NCBI GenBank assembly: GCA_045652445.1
Contig: JAZRUJ010000065.1
Coordinates: 1-48,938 of the forward strand
Direction of reading: 5' to 3'
DNA: 48,938 nt
DNA from: Eubacteriales bacterium
Lineage (GTDB): Bacteria > Bacillota > Clostridia > Oscillospirales > UBA644
In this document: positions 28,768 through 39,032 of the stretch, in pieces
How the letters are laid out: every line of letters begins with the position of its first letter
How positions within the stretch are numbered: position 1 is the stretch's first letter
Position numbers and translations under genes: made by a program
The notes under the pieces: generated by a model
Databases searched by the model: none
Told to the model about the DNA's origin: nothing
Seen by the model: the letters and a program-made list of their open reading frames with translations, nothing else

Positions 28768-28796
28768 AACGTATGAGATGAGGACGGGTTTTATTC
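28768..28796 (-). promoter_or_regulatory. Putative sigma-E-type sporulation promoter of the carboxypeptidase, overlapping a terminator hairpin
   Basis: GAATAAA-N14-CATACGTT on the minus strand; hairpin TCCTCATCTCA/TGAGATGAGGA at 28758-28784. Confidence 0.6.
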
Positions 28797-28799
28797 GGA

Positions 28800-29543
28800 T
28801 TATTCCCCTGGATCTTCTTGCGAATTTTCTGCAGAAACCTCCGGTTTGGATTCTTGCACGGGAGAAGCAACATACCGCAAAAGAACCGGATAGATCAAGG
28901 AATTGGACACGTACGCCAAGAAAGTAAACGCCAAAAAGAGAGGTAGAGGGAGTACCAAAATATCAAACAGGAAAAACAGCAAAACATACAACGCCAACAC
29001 CAGCAAAAGCACAAGATTTCGCCAAAGTTGGGTAAGAGCGAGGATCACGCTGTTTCGAATCAACTGCTTTACCGAAAGATCAAAAGATACCATCATGGGA
29101 TAGATATAAAAAGACCCAAACATCAAAAGATATCCAAAAATAAAAATGACGACCACAGCCACGGTGCGGAAGGTAGAAGAAACGTTAAAAGAACCGTCCG
29201 TCCAACTGAAAAAAGATCCAACCAACAAGGCACCCACGCCTAGCTGGATTAGTCCGACGATAATACCTTGTTTGAAATGTTCTTTGCATTTTTCAATAAA
29301 ATCGGAGAAAAAGTCCACAGGTTTTGCCTGGGAAAAATTCCGACAAACATAGTTCATCGCGGCAGTGGCAGGTCCGATGGTAATCAAGGGAATGCACGCC
29401 AAGAGATAAATTACGTTTAAAAGAACCAACTGCCAGAACCGGTGAATCAACTCGGTAAAAAAGCGTTTGATGGGGCTTTCCGACGCAACATCTTGCTTGG
29501 TGACGCCCTTGCCCTCTTTATTGAAATTGAAAAAGATGCCCAA
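28800..29543 (-). CDS. YesL/DUF624 family membrane protein
   Basis: FWQLVLLNVIYLLACIPLITIGPATAAM, YIYPMMVSFDL, multiple TM helices. Confidence 0.85.
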   Translation of the reverse strand: MGIFFNFNKEGKGVTKQDVASESPIKRFFTELIHRFWQLVLLNVIYLLACIPLITIGPATAAMNYVCRNFSQAKPVDFFSDFIEKCKEHFKQGIIVGLIQLGVGALLVGSFFSWTDGSFNVSSTFRTVAVVVIFIFGYLLMFGSFYIYPMMVSFDLSVKQLIRNSVILALTQLWRNLVLLLVLALYVLLFFLFDILVLPLPLFLAFTFLAYVSNSLIYPVLLRYVASPVQESKPEVSAENSQEDPGE

Positions 29544-29572
29544 AATAATCCCTCCGAATTTGTGTTCTATTC

Positions 29573-29601
29573 ATTATAACAAATTCCAGAGCAACTGTCA
29601 A
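29573..29601 (-). promoter_or_regulatory. Sigma-A promoter of the DUF624 gene
   Basis: TTGACA-N17-TATAAT with TG extension on the minus strand. Confidence 0.8.
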
Positions 29602-29645
29602 GCAAAACCGTCGATTTGTACCGAATTTTCCGTATTTTCCGTATT

Positions 29646-30203
29646 TTATAAAAGATCCCGAATTCCTGACAGGATCAACGGAGACAAAAACAAATCCCAA
29701 AGCAATACAAAAGAAGAACATTGGATGATAACCAAGGAACGTAAAAAATAGCCTTTTAAACGATGAAAAAAGGGCGTTGCATCTCCCGAAAACCCGCAGA
29801 ACAAGAGAAAGGATTGGGGAATTGCATCCCGTGCCGCCCGAATCAGTAACAAACACTCCCCTGCCGCCGAAGGAAACAGGCACAAGCCCAGGGGTAAGAA
29901 TCCCTTTGCACCGTATACCGCCAAAAACAGACCGGCAGAATATCCCAGACCATAGCATTTATAAAAAATCAAAGGAAGAATCGCCAACCATCCGAAGAAA
30001 AAAACGCCGCATAAAAAAACGGCAATTACATACATAGGACCCGTTTCCAATCCACGAAGCCAATTCGTCCCAAGATCGGAGGATAGGTATTGAGTTACCA
30101 GAGTTTCGTCTGCACCGCCTCCCAACAATACCGTTAAAATCCCCGACAGGTAACCGGCAAAGACCGTGACCGAAGCCGCGATGAAAGATATTTTTGATTT
30201 CAT
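29646..30203 (-). CDS. SpoIIM-like membrane protein
   Basis: About 5 TM helices, PLIFYKCYGLGYSAG resembles the SpoIIM 'F.KG...GF' segment; sigma-E-like promoter upstream; near dacF. Confidence 0.6.
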   Translation of the reverse strand: MKSKISFIAASVTVFAGYLSGILTVLLGGGADETLVTQYLSSDLGTNWLRGLETGPMYVIAVFLCGVFFFGWLAILPLIFYKCYGLGYSAGLFLAVYGAKGFLPLGLCLFPSAAGECLLLIRAARDAIPQSFLLFCGFSGDATPFFHRLKGYFLRSLVIIQCSSFVLLWDLFLSPLILSGIRDLL

Positions 30204-30258
30204 GAAAATTCCCGTCCTTTCTTTTTCTCCCCATCCACGTTGAGGACAGCCCTAAAAC

Positions 30259-30287
30259 AAGATATGACACGCAAAAAAAGAATATAC
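30259..30287 (-). promoter_or_regulatory. Putative sigma-E promoter
   Basis: GTATATT-N14-CATATCTT on the minus strand; spoIIM is sigma-E dependent in B. subtilis. Confidence 0.62.
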
Positions 30288-30352
30288 ACGGAAAGAGAAA
30301 GGGTTCTGTTATAAAAAAGTCCGGAAAAATAAAAAAAAGAGAAAAAAACCCC

Positions 30353-30381
30353 TTGACAAATGAAAAAAAATGTGGTATACT
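30353..30381 (+). promoter_or_regulatory. Sigma-A promoter of tRNA-Leu
   Basis: TTGACA-N17-TATACT with TG extension and A-tract UP element. Confidence 0.85.
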
Positions 30382-30396
30382 TACTCCGTTAACTTC

Positions 30397-30483
30397 GCCG
30401 GTGTGATGGAATTGGCAGACGTGCGGGACTCAAAATCCCGTGGTAGCGATACCGTGTGGGTTCGACCCCCACCACCGGCACCA
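30397..30483 (+). tRNA. tRNA-Leu(CAA)
   Basis: GCCGGTG/CACCGGC acceptor stem, anticodon arm CGGGA-CTCAAAA-TCCCG, long variable arm, GTTCGA T-loop, encoded CCA. Confidence 0.97.
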
Positions 30484-30488
30484 TAAGA

Positions 30489-30528
30489 AAGACCGCATTT
30501 ATCTTACCGATAGATGCGGTCTTTTTTT
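30489..30528 (+). terminator. tRNA terminator
   Basis: AAGACCGCATTTATC-TTACC-GATAGATGCGGTCTT then TTTTT. Confidence 0.85.
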
Positions 30529-30544
30529 GTTCCTGTTCTTTTTG

Positions 30545-30573
30545 TTGACAAACAAGACTCTCTATGTTATAAT
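30545..30573 (+). promoter_or_regulatory. Sigma-A promoter of the lipoprotein gene
   Basis: TTGACA-N17-TATAAT with TG extension. Confidence 0.8.
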
Positions 30574-30636
30574 GAAAATAGGTGAGTACACGAAAATGTA
30601 ACATCATATTTGTGATGATTTAAAGGAGGCAATCCT

Positions 30637-32043
30637 ATGAAACAATTCTTCCGATTGAAAGGAATCTGTTTGTTTCTGGCATTGATGATGGTTTTTATCC
30701 TGACGGCGTGCGGAAATGCTGCCCCGGACACCGACAGTTCTTCCCAGAATCAATGGGAAACGGATTCTTCCCAATCCAATCATGAAAGTTCGGAATCTGC
30801 CACCGACGGCAGTACGCAATCCAACACCACGGAAACAAGCACAACCGAACGTGGGGAGAATGATACGTCCGATACATCCTCCACGCACACGTCATCGAAA
30901 AACTCCAATACGTCCACTAACGTTACGGACAGCGGAACAAACTCCTCAAGCACGACCACCGATACAGGAGAAAAAAACACGTCCACATCCACGACCACGT
31001 CTACTCCGAGACCTACGGTGAATACGGATATTTCTCCCATCAAGCCGGAAAACTATTACGGAAGAACGTGGCTTCTTTCCCAGCCAAACGGGAAAACATT
31101 GGTGCAAGAATACGATGCTTTGGCGGTAGGAATTGAAAATTTGGCGTCGGAAATCACCTTTAACAACCAACTGACCGAACAGCAGTTTTATACAATCCTG
31201 AACTGCTATCGTGCCGATTATCCCCAACATTTTTGGCTGGCAAACGAAGATCATTCCTATTCTCTGTTGGAGGGGAAGGTTATTTCGTTTCTTCCCGCCT
31301 ACACCATGAACGCCGCAACCAAAACGGCGGAGCAGAAAAAATTTAACGATGCGGTCAACGGCATTCTTTCCGGCATCAACAAGAATATGACCCAATTCGA
31401 AATCGAAAGAACCATTCACGATCGACTGATTCTTTCCTGTACCTATGAAAATTCCGATCATGCCCACGATGCCTACGGAGCGTTGGTAACAAAACAAGCA
31501 GTTTGCGAAGGATATGCCCGTGCCTTTGAACATCTTTGCCGAAGCGTGGGAATCCAGACGCTGTTCGTCAGCGGAATGTCCTACAATCCCAACTCGGGGC
31601 AACAAGAAAACCATGCTTGGAACATCGTTATGATTGACGGACAATACTACCACACCGATCCCACCTGGGACGATGCGGGAGAACCCAAAGAAGGCGAAAT
31701 CCACTACGCTTGGTTTGACGTTACCACCCAACAAATTCTGGAAGATCACCAACTGATCCAGGAAGGATACGCCTACCCCAACTGCACCGCAACCGGGGCA
31801 AACTACTACAAGCAAAACCAAATGGAAGTATCTTCGTTGACGGTGGACAACGTTCTCGGAGCGATGAAAAAACAAGGAAACGTCTACGTGTTCCACAGTT
31901 ACGTACAGTCCATGACCGACCCTGAGAGTTGGTTCTCCCAACATACAGAAACATTGGCAACACGGCTGGGATTGAACGGTTATTCCTGCACGATACAGGT
32001 GACCGGTCACGACATACTGTTCACCATAACACAACCCTCTTAA
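30637..32043 (+). CDS. Lipoprotein with Ser/Thr-rich stalk and transglutaminase-like (Cys-His-Asp) domain
   Basis: Lipobox LTAC, about 100-aa S/T-rich region, AVCEGYARAF, NHAWNIV, DPTWDD. Confidence 0.88.
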   Translation: MKQFFRLKGICLFLALMMVFILTACGNAAPDTDSSSQNQWETDSSQSNHESSESATDGSTQSNTTETSTTERGENDTSDTSSTHTSSKNSNTSTNVTDSGTNSSSTTTDTGEKNTSTSTTTSTPRPTVNTDISPIKPENYYGRTWLLSQPNGKTLVQEYDALAVGIENLASEITFNNQLTEQQFYTILNCYRADYPQHFWLANEDHSYSLLEGKVISFLPAYTMNAATKTAEQKKFNDAVNGILSGINKNMTQFEIERTIHDRLILSCTYENSDHAHDAYGALVTKQAVCEGYARAFEHLCRSVGIQTLFVSGMSYNPNSGQQENHAWNIVMIDGQYYHTDPTWDDAGEPKEGEIHYAWFDVTTQQILEDHQLIQEGYAYPNCTATGANYYKQNQMEVSSLTVDNVLGAMKKQGNVYVFHSYVQSMTDPESWFSQHTETLATRLGLNGYSCTIQVTGHDILFTITQPS

Positions 32044-32048
32044 AGGAG

Positions 32049-32088
32049 AAGAATCCCCGGAATTTTAAAAATTCCGGGGTTCTTTTTT
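32049..32088. terminator. Bidirectional terminator
   Basis: AAGAATCCCCGGAATTTT-A-AAAATTCCGGGGTTCTT plus T run between convergent genes. Confidence 0.75.
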
Positions 32089-32872
32089 ATTGGAATAATT
32101 CTACGTGATTCAGCTGATATTTTGCAATCAATTCTTCCGCTTGACGGAAGGCACAATCGATGTCTTTTGCACTGTGACAGTCAGAAGAAACAATGACTTT
32201 AGCACCGTGTTTCCCCAAAAACTCCAACATCGCCTCGGAGGGGTAGGGAGTGGTGCGATACCCTCGGGAAATGGCACCGGTGTTAATTTCAAAAATTTTC
32301 CCCGCCTCAATTAACTGCAACGCCGCCTTTTGCCATGCTGCAATATAGCGAGGAGTTGCGAGGAAAACGGGAGGATATTTTTCATCAAATTTGGAAATCA
32401 AATCAAAATGCCCGATAAAGGAAACCAGGTCATCCTTTGCATAAGACGCCACCAGGGCATAATAATCTTCCGCCAAACCGTCCGGGTCTCCCCCGTAATA
32501 ATCTCGAATGGAATCCAGGAGAAGTTGAGGAGAGTTATCCATTTCGATATAGTGTCCGTCTTTTTCTACCCAATGCACCGAACCGAGATAATAGTCCAAC
32601 CCGTGGGGAACGGGAATTGCTAAAGCATCCTGCTCCAATCCCACGTAGACTTTTATTTTTCCCTCATATTTTTTTTGCAATTCCCGGAGGGTTTGCAGGT
32701 ATTCTTCCCACCGGGAGGCGGGGATACTCCATTCGGGGGCAAACTCCGTATAGGCATGGTCTGTAAAACCAATGGAATGAAACCCTTTTTGCAAGGCGGC
32801 TTGAATCATCTCTTCCGGAGAATCATTTCCGTCGCTGAAGTGAGTATGGGTATGGTAACTGTACCGTATCAT
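32087..32872 (-). CDS. Histidinol-phosphatase HisJ family (PHP domain)
   Basis: YHTHTHFSDG, GFTDH, VGLE, GSVH, GHFDL, EINTG, SSDCH. Confidence 0.88.
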   Translation of the reverse strand: MIRYSYHTHTHFSDGNDSPEEMIQAALQKGFHSIGFTDHAYTEFAPEWSIPASRWEEYLQTLRELQKKYEGKIKVYVGLEQDALAIPVPHGLDYYLGSVHWVEKDGHYIEMDNSPQLLLDSIRDYYGGDPDGLAEDYYALVASYAKDDLVSFIGHFDLISKFDEKYPPVFLATPRYIAAWQKAALQLIEAGKIFEINTGAISRGYRTTPYPSEAMLEFLGKHGAKVIVSSDCHSAKDIDCAFRQAEELIAKYQLNHVELFQ

Positions 32873-32893
32873 AATCCTTCTTCTTTCTTTTCT

Positions 32894-35893
32894 TTATTCG
32901 GTTCTCAATGCCACAACGGGGTCTTTTTTCGCCGCAGATCGAGAGGGGATAATTCCTGCAAACAGAGTAAGAATCACGCTAATAGAAACCAAAATCAACG
33001 CCGCGGGAATGGGGAGAACGGCTTTCAGATTGGCAATCCCTGTCAAGGCGTTCATCACAAGGTTAATGGGGATACACAAAAGATAGGTAACCCCAACCCC
33101 AATCATTCCCGACGTAAAGCCGATAATCATGGTTTCCGCATTAAACATACTGGAGACATTTCGCTTGGAAGCCCCGATAGCACGGAGAATCCCAATTTCC
33201 TTCGTTCGTTCCTGAACGGAGATCAAAGTGATGACCCCGATCATAATGGAGGAAACGATCAGAGAAATGGCAACGAATGCAATTAAAACGTAGGTGATGG
33301 CATTGATAATTGTCGTGATGGACGACATCATGATCCCCACGTAGTCGGTGTAACGAATCTGGGAAAGTTCGTCTACAGATTCGTTATATTCCGCAATTAC
33401 ATCTTCAATTACGTCTTTATTTTCAAAGGACGAGGCGTAGAGATTCACCGAGGCAGGATCACCCAAGTCGATTCCGCCGAGTTTCAGGAGATTTTCTTCA
33501 TAAGACGATTCGGAAAAGACCAGGACTTCTTCATAATACAAGGCACATTGGTCGGTGGTATAGCCGGGCAGAGCAAGATCCAGGGCGGCGGCCTGCATGA
33601 CGGGATCCATCGCTGCCAACTGCTGTTTTACAGCGGCGGCGTATTGCATCTTGACTCCTTCTGCCACCATTTCCCGGTACAGTTCGGTCAATTCTTCCTC
33701 TTTCATAGAAGAAAGATATTGAGAAACGTCATCTCCGTTCATTCCCATTTGCTGGGTCAACGCTTGCAACATGGTCTGTTCCATGGTTTCCCTGGTAACA
33801 CCGTTCATGGCTTGCGTTACGGCATTTTGCAGATATTCTTCCGAGGGAATGGACATGATCTTCACGTAAGCTTCGGCTTTGCCGGTTTGATTCAGACCGG
33901 CAATATAATTCCGAAATTCCGTTTCTTTTTCCCCATCCGTCAATTTTCCGGTGGTTTCTTTGAAAGGAAGCCCGGTAAAGATATCTGTATGCGATTCCTG
34001 TTTTTGAGATTGAATCGCGGCAGAATCGCCGGTTTTTTCAATAATAAGTTCCGTCAACGCTTTTGTATAACCGATGGAACCGCTCAACATCGTGGAGGTT
34101 GCGGTTTCGCTGGGACGGATAATGCCGCTGACCTTCAACGTCATGGCATTATCGTACAAGTACCGAAGACCTGCATCGGTTTCCCGAAGATCGGTATAAA
34201 GTCCGGATTTTTCGTCCAAAACGTAGCAATCGGAATTGAGAATTACTTTAAATTCCATTTCCATTAATTCGTCGTAAGACCAGGATTTTTGCTGAATTTC
34301 CAGCTCTCCCCCGTCGATGACAGCGTCGAACATAGCGTCAATGGTTTCTTTGGATTCCAACCCCAAAGCGTATAAAGTCAGATCGTCCAATTCGTTGTTT
34401 TTATCCACCACAAGAACAATTTCATTCGCTTGGTTGGGCCATTCGCCGTGAATCACGTCGTACTGATTCTTTAGAACGGGACTGATAAGACTTCCGTCTT
34501 TCCCGGACAGCATTTCTGTCCACAATTTCATGGAAGATCCGCCGGAAAAAGAGGTCAGGGAGGACATAGAAGAAGTTCCGCCCATCCCCATCATGCCGGT
34601 CATATCCATGCCGAAGTTTTCCGCCATGGCTTTAGAGAGCAATTCCCGGGTGTCAGAATAAAGGATGGTTCCATCCACGTTTTTCGTATAAACCAAAAGA
34701 TCCAAGTCGTAGGTATACTGCACCCCGGAAAGGGCTTCTTTTAAGCCCGAGGCATCGTCTTCGTCGGACAGACGGGTGTCAATATATTCTTTAAAAGATC
34801 TTAGGTCATTTTCCGTAGTTTCCAGATTGTTCATGGCATTGATCATCTCGAACAACACCGATTGAGAATAAACCGCGTCTCTGTCGTGATTTTCTCCGGA
34901 ACCGTCCGCCATGCCCATAAAGGTTTCCATCAGCGTAGTCAAGTCTACGTTTGTGGCTTCGATGGTCAAAGGATAGGACGACAAAGTTTCTTCCTGCACC
35001 GCGTTAATATAAATGGTCATCCCTTGGGATACGGCGTAGATCAGGGCGATGCCGATAATCCCGATAGAACCGGCAAAGGAGGTAAGCAAGGTTCTACCCT
35101 TTTTGGTAAGAAGATTTCTCAAAGACAGAGAAAGGGCGGTAAAAAAAGACATGGACGGCTTTTTTACCTTTTTCTTTTTCTCCGATTTCTTGTCGGGTTG
35201 TTCCACCGATTCCATAGTATAGGGAGCCGTATCGTCGGTCACTTTCCCATCCAACAAACGGACGATGCGAGTAGCATACTGATCGGCAAGTTCCGGGTTG
35301 TGCGTTACCATAATAACCAGCCGGTCGTGGGCAATTTCCTTCAACAGTTCCATGACCTGAACACTGGTTTCAGAATCCAAAGCACCGGTAGGTTCGTCCG
35401 CAAGAAGAATTTCAGGATCGTTAACCAAAGCACGGGCAATCGCAACCCGCTGCATTTGTCCTCCGGACATTTGGTTGGGGCGTTTTTTCAGCTGATCGCC
35501 TAAACCCACTTTTTTCAAAGCTTCCACAGCTCTGGCACGACGTTCTTTTTTGGAAACGCCGGAAATGGTCAATGCCAGCTCCACATTGTTCAGCACCGTT
35601 TGATGGGGAATGAGGTTATAACTTTGAAAAACAAATCCAATGGAGTGATTCCGATACGCATCCCAATCGGCATCTTTGTATTTTTTTGTAGAAATTCCAT
35701 TAATAGACAAATCCCCATCGGTATATTGATCCAGACCTCCGATAATGTTCAAAAGAGTGGTCTTTCCGCAACCGGAGGGACCGAGAATTGCCACAAATTC
35801 GCTTTTGCGAAATTCTAAACTGACCCCTCGAAGAGCCGCCACTTTATCGCCGCCGGCGGGGTATTCTTTTATGATGTTTATTAAGCGTAACAT
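32894..35893 (-). CDS. MacB-like ABC transporter, fused ATPase and FtsX-type permease
   Basis: [27 protein letters not shown], one TM, large extracellular region, [27 protein letters not shown]. Confidence 0.93.
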   Translation of the reverse strand: MLRLINIIKEYPAGGDKVAALRGVSLEFRKSEFVAILGPSGCGKTTLLNIIGGLDQYTDGDLSINGISTKKYKDADWDAYRNHSIGFVFQSYNLIPHQTVLNNVELALTISGVSKKERRARAVEALKKVGLGDQLKKRPNQMSGGQMQRVAIARALVNDPEILLADEPTGALDSETSVQVMELLKEIAHDRLVIMVTHNPELADQYATRIVRLLDGKVTDDTAPYTMESVEQPDKKSEKKKKVKKPSMSFFTALSLSLRNLLTKKGRTLLTSFAGSIGIIGIALIYAVSQGMTIYINAVQEETLSSYPLTIEATNVDLTTLMETFMGMADGSGENHDRDAVYSQSVLFEMINAMNNLETTENDLRSFKEYIDTRLSDEDDASGLKEALSGVQYTYDLDLLVYTKNVDGTILYSDTRELLSKAMAENFGMDMTGMMGMGGTSSMSSLTSFSGGSSMKLWTEMLSGKDGSLISPVLKNQYDVIHGEWPNQANEIVLVVDKNNELDDLTLYALGLESKETIDAMFDAVIDGGELEIQQKSWSYDELMEMEFKVILNSDCYVLDEKSGLYTDLRETDAGLRYLYDNAMTLKVSGIIRPSETATSTMLSGSIGYTKALTELIIEKTGDSAAIQSQKQESHTDIFTGLPFKETTGKLTDGEKETEFRNYIAGLNQTGKAEAYVKIMSIPSEEYLQNAVTQAMNGVTRETMEQTMLQALTQQMGMNGDDVSQYLSSMKEEELTELYREMVAEGVKMQYAAAVKQQLAAMDPVMQAAALDLALPGYTTDQCALYYEEVLVFSESSYEENLLKLGGIDLGDPASVNLYASSFENKDVIEDVIAEYNESVDELSQIRYTDYVGIMMSSITTIINAITYVLIAFVAISLIVSSIMIGVITLISVQERTKEIGILRAIGASKRNVSSMFNAETMIIGFTSGMIGVGVTYLLCIPINLVMNALTGIANLKAVLPIPAALILVSISVILTLFAGIIPSRSAAKKDPVVALRTE

Positions 35894-36023
35894 AAGATCG
35901 ACCTTTCAAGAATAATTCGTATTTTATATATTATCATATTTTTTCCATTTTTTCAATGGGAAAAACGACGAATTTTTGTTTTTACACAAAAAAGTTATTT
36001 TCTGACCGAAATTCCCAACCCTC

Positions 36024-36052
36024 TTGACAGATCTTGCTTTGTCGTTTATAAT
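36024..36052 (+). promoter_or_regulatory. Sigma-A promoter of ylmH-prfA-HAD
   Basis: TTGACA-N17-TATAAT. Confidence 0.8.
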
Positions 36053-36083
36053 AGAGACAGATTTTGGAAAGGGAGAAAAACGC

Positions 36084-36845
36084 ATGGCAAAGTATCACGC
36101 CGCAAGCGACGACGAGAAGTTGTTGATTGCCCGAATATGCGACGCCGGTCGGCTGGCAGATAAGCGGAATTGTCCCGTGTTTACGGATTTTCTCTCTCCC
36201 TCCCAACAAATTCTTGCAAAAGAAACCGCGAAAAACATCGGAAATACAGAATTTCAATTATGGGGCGGTTACGAAAATGCAGAACGCAGAATGGGCGTAT
36301 TTATCCCAAATCGATTTGCAGAAGCGGCTTTTCCCATTACGGTGCTGGCACTAAAAACCCGAGGAGAATATCCCACCCATCCGGAAATTTTAGGAGCATT
36401 GACGGGACTTGGGGTGCGACGGGAAAAGATCGGTGACATTTTAGCATCGGCTCAACCGCCAAAAATTTTATGCGATTCTTCCCTGGCGGATTTTTTAAAA
36501 GAGAACTTCACAAAGGCAGGGCGAAAAGCCTTTCACCTGGAAGAATGCGACTTGGGAGAAGTCCCGGAAGCGGAGCATACGGTAAAGACTTTCACCGTCC
36601 CCTCGCTGCGGCTGGATTGCGTAGCGGCGGAAGGCTTCGGCATGGCTCGAACAAAAATGACCGAACTGATAAAAAAAGGCGGGGCTTCCGTAAACTGGAC
36701 TGAGACCGACTCTCCCTCCGACTCCATACAAGAAGGAGATACCGTTTCCATACGGGGACAAGGGCGGTTGGTTATTTCCGAAATTGGCGGACACAGTAAA
36801 AAAGATCGAATTTTTGTGACAGTAAAACGATATACCCGAAAATAA
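36084..36845 (+). CDS. ylmH: YlmH/Sll1252 family S4-domain RNA-binding protein
   Basis: FTDFLSP, GGYENAERR, LGALTGLGVRREKIGDI, SLRLDCV, GDTVSIRGQGR, SKKDR. Confidence 0.9.
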   Translation: MAKYHAASDDEKLLIARICDAGRLADKRNCPVFTDFLSPSQQILAKETAKNIGNTEFQLWGGYENAERRMGVFIPNRFAEAAFPITVLALKTRGEYPTHPEILGALTGLGVRREKIGDILASAQPPKILCDSSLADFLKENFTKAGRKAFHLEECDLGEVPEAEHTVKTFTVPSLRLDCVAAEGFGMARTKMTELIKKGGASVNWTETDSPSDSIQEGDTVSIRGQGRLVISEIGGHSKKDRIFVTVKRYTRK

Positions 36846-36860
36846 CAGGACGGAATAACT

Positions 36861-37931
36861 ATGCTTGAAAAACTGCAAGAAATTGAACAAAATTATATGC
36901 AAAACGAGGAACTGCTCTGTGATCCCTCGGTTCTTTCCGATCCGAATCGGCTTCGGGAAATTACCAAAAAGCAAAAGCAGACGGAAGAACTGGTGGAAGA
37001 ATATCGCCGTTGGAAGAAATTAAAACAACTGTTAGACGAAGCGGAAGAATTGATGGACGGCGACGATGCAGAATTAAAAGCCTTGGCAAAAGAAGAATGG
37101 TTAGATACAAAAGATCAAATCAAACAAGCGGAAGAAAACCTGAAAATTTTGCTGATTCCCAAAGATCCCGACGATGAAAAAAGCGTTATTCTGGAACTTC
37201 GTGCAGGTACGGGAGGCGAAGAAGCGGCATTGTTTGCCGGATCGCTTCTTCGCATGTATTCCATGTATGCGGAAAAGAAAGGGTTTAAAGTCGAAATCCT
37301 TTCCGTAAACGAAACCACCTTGGGAGGAATTAAAGAAGCGGTGCTTTCTCTGGACGGCACCGGTGCCTTTGGACGGATAAAATTTGAAAGCGGTGTTCAT
37401 CGAGTACAACGGGTGCCGGAAACCGAGTCTCAAGGACGGATTCAAACGTCGGCGGCAACGGTAGCGGTTCTTCCCGAAGCGGAAGAAGTGGACGTACAAA
37501 TTGATCCCAAAGATCTTTTGATTGAATCTCACCGTTCCGGGGGTGCGGGCGGTCAACACGTAAACAAAACCGAATCTGCCATTCGCATTATCCATCTTCC
37601 CACGGGAATCGCGGTGGATTGCCAAGACGAACGAAGCCAACACAAAAATAAAGACAAAGCCATGAAAATTCTACGTTCCCGGATTTTGGAACAAAAACGG
37701 GCGGAGCAGGAATCGAAAATTACTTCGGCACGAAGATCCCAAGTAGGATCGGGGGATCGAAGCGAACGAATCCGTACCTATAATTTCCCCCAAGGACGGG
37801 TAACCGATCACCGTATCGGATTGACACTGTACAAGATTCAATCCATTATGGATGGAGATTTGGACGAATTGATTGATGCCCTGATCACTGCCGAACAGGC
37901 GGAAAAGTTACGGGCAAACGGAGAAGAATAA
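36861..37931 (+). CDS. prfA: Peptide chain release factor 1
   Basis: RVPETE (PxT motif), [29 protein letters not shown]. Confidence 0.98.
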   Translation: MLEKLQEIEQNYMQNEELLCDPSVLSDPNRLREITKKQKQTEELVEEYRRWKKLKQLLDEAEELMDGDDAELKALAKEEWLDTKDQIKQAEENLKILLIPKDPDDEKSVILELRAGTGGEEAALFAGSLLRMYSMYAEKKGFKVEILSVNETTLGGIKEAVLSLDGTGAFGRIKFESGVHRVQRVPETESQGRIQTSAATVAVLPEAEEVDVQIDPKDLLIESHRSGGAGGQHVNKTESAIRIIHLPTGIAVDCQDERSQHKNKDKAMKILRSRILEQKRAEQESKITSARRSQVGSGDRSERIRTYNFPQGRVTDHRIGLTLYKIQSIMDGDLDELIDALITAEQAEKLRANGEE

Positions 37932-38585
37932 ATGAAACAATATCAAACCATTCTTTTCGATTTGGACGGAACCCTGACCGATCCGGGAGTGGGCATTACA
38001 AAGTCCGTGGAATATGCCTTGAACCGTTATGGGATCACCGTAAACGACCGGTCGGAGTTGTATCCCTTTATCGGACCGCCTCTGGTAGACTCTTTTATGA
38101 AATATTACGGATTTTCCAAGAAAAAAGCGTTTGAAGCGGTGGACGTATACCGGGAATATTTCCGCGAGACGGGGTTGTTTGAAAACGAAGTTTATTCCGG
38201 TGTTCCGGAGCTTTTGAACGCCCTAAAAACCGCGAAAAAGACGCTGCTGATCGCCTCCTCCAAGCCGGAAGAATTCGTATTTACCATTTTGAAACATTTT
38301 AACTTACTGCAATATTTCGACTTTGTGGGCGGGGCTTCCATGGACGAAACGCGAGCAAAGAAAGAGGACGTTTTGCGATACGTTTTGGAAAAAGCAAACG
38401 TGGACCCCGCAAAAGCAATTATGGTAGGGGATCGGAAATTTGACGTGGAGGGAGCTCACGCCTTTGGCTTGGACGCCGTCGCTGTCACCTACGGTTACGG
38501 AAGTTTGGAAGAATTGACAGAGACAAAGGCGGAATATTTGGCAAATTCGCCCCAAGAAATTCTCTCGATTCTTACAACAAAATAA
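37932..38585 (+). CDS. HAD-IA hydrolase (phosphoglycolate phosphatase / nucleotidase-like)
   Basis: FDLDGTLTD, FIGPPL, SSKP, MVGDRKFDV, YGYG. Confidence 0.9.
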   Translation: MKQYQTILFDLDGTLTDPGVGITKSVEYALNRYGITVNDRSELYPFIGPPLVDSFMKYYGFSKKKAFEAVDVYREYFRETGLFENEVYSGVPELLNALKTAKKTLLIASSKPEEFVFTILKHFNLLQYFDFVGGASMDETRAKKEDVLRYVLEKANVDPAKAIMVGDRKFDVEGAHAFGLDAVAVTYGYGSLEELTETKAEYLANSPQEILSILTTK

Positions 38586-38590
38586 AAAGG

Positions 38591-38622
38591 AAGGGAGACC
38601 GATGTTCGGTCTCCCTTATTTA
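38591..38622. terminator. Terminator hairpin between the HAD and lipoprotein genes
   Basis: AAGGGAGACCGA-TGT-TCGGTCTCCCTT. Confidence 0.75.
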
Positions 38623-38625
38623 TTA

Positions 38626-39012
38626 TTACTGAAGTTTGTAGTCAAAATCTTCCAGCTCTGCCGAACCGTAATCATCAACAGAAACTATAGCGGTAAAAGT
38701 ATAACTATCTTCATATTTTCCGTAAGCGTCATACGTAAAAAGCTGACCTTTCAAAACAACTTTTCCGTCACTTCGAGTAGTTTTTGAACCAATTTTATAC
38801 TTTGTTCCATCGCCGCTAAAGGGATATCTTTGTGAAATTTTATACAACGCTTCATCTTCTGCGATATCTTCTTTTTCGCTCTCTGTCAAAATTTTCGGAG
38901 AATACGAATATGAAGGAGAAGAACTATGAGAACTATCATCACACGCAGAGAAACACAGGGCAAGACCGCACATTAAAACCACTAACAATAAAATCGAAAC
39001 TGTTTTTTTCAT
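38626..39012 (-). CDS. Hypothetical lipoprotein
   Basis: GAAAGGA RBS; MKK, hydrophobic core, FSAC lipobox, Ser-rich linker, helix plus beta-strand domain; AT-rich. Confidence 0.75.
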   Translation of the reverse strand: MKKTVSILLLVVLMCGLALCFSACDDSSHSSSPSYSYSPKILTESEKEDIAEDEALYKISQRYPFSGDGTKYKIGSKTTRSDGKVVLKGQLFTYDAYGKYEDSYTFTAIVSVDDYGSAELEDFDYKLQ

Positions 39013-39032
39013 TTTAAATTCTTTCCTTTCGT

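Noticed and set aside
30720-31020. Repetitive-looking AC-rich DNA, possible tandem repeat or CRISPR
   Set aside because: It encodes the Ser/Thr stalk of the lipoprotein; no fixed repeat unit or spacer pattern
30397-32090. Integrated element at tRNA-Leu or tRNA-Arg
   Set aside because: No integrase and no duplicated tRNA 3' end found by eye
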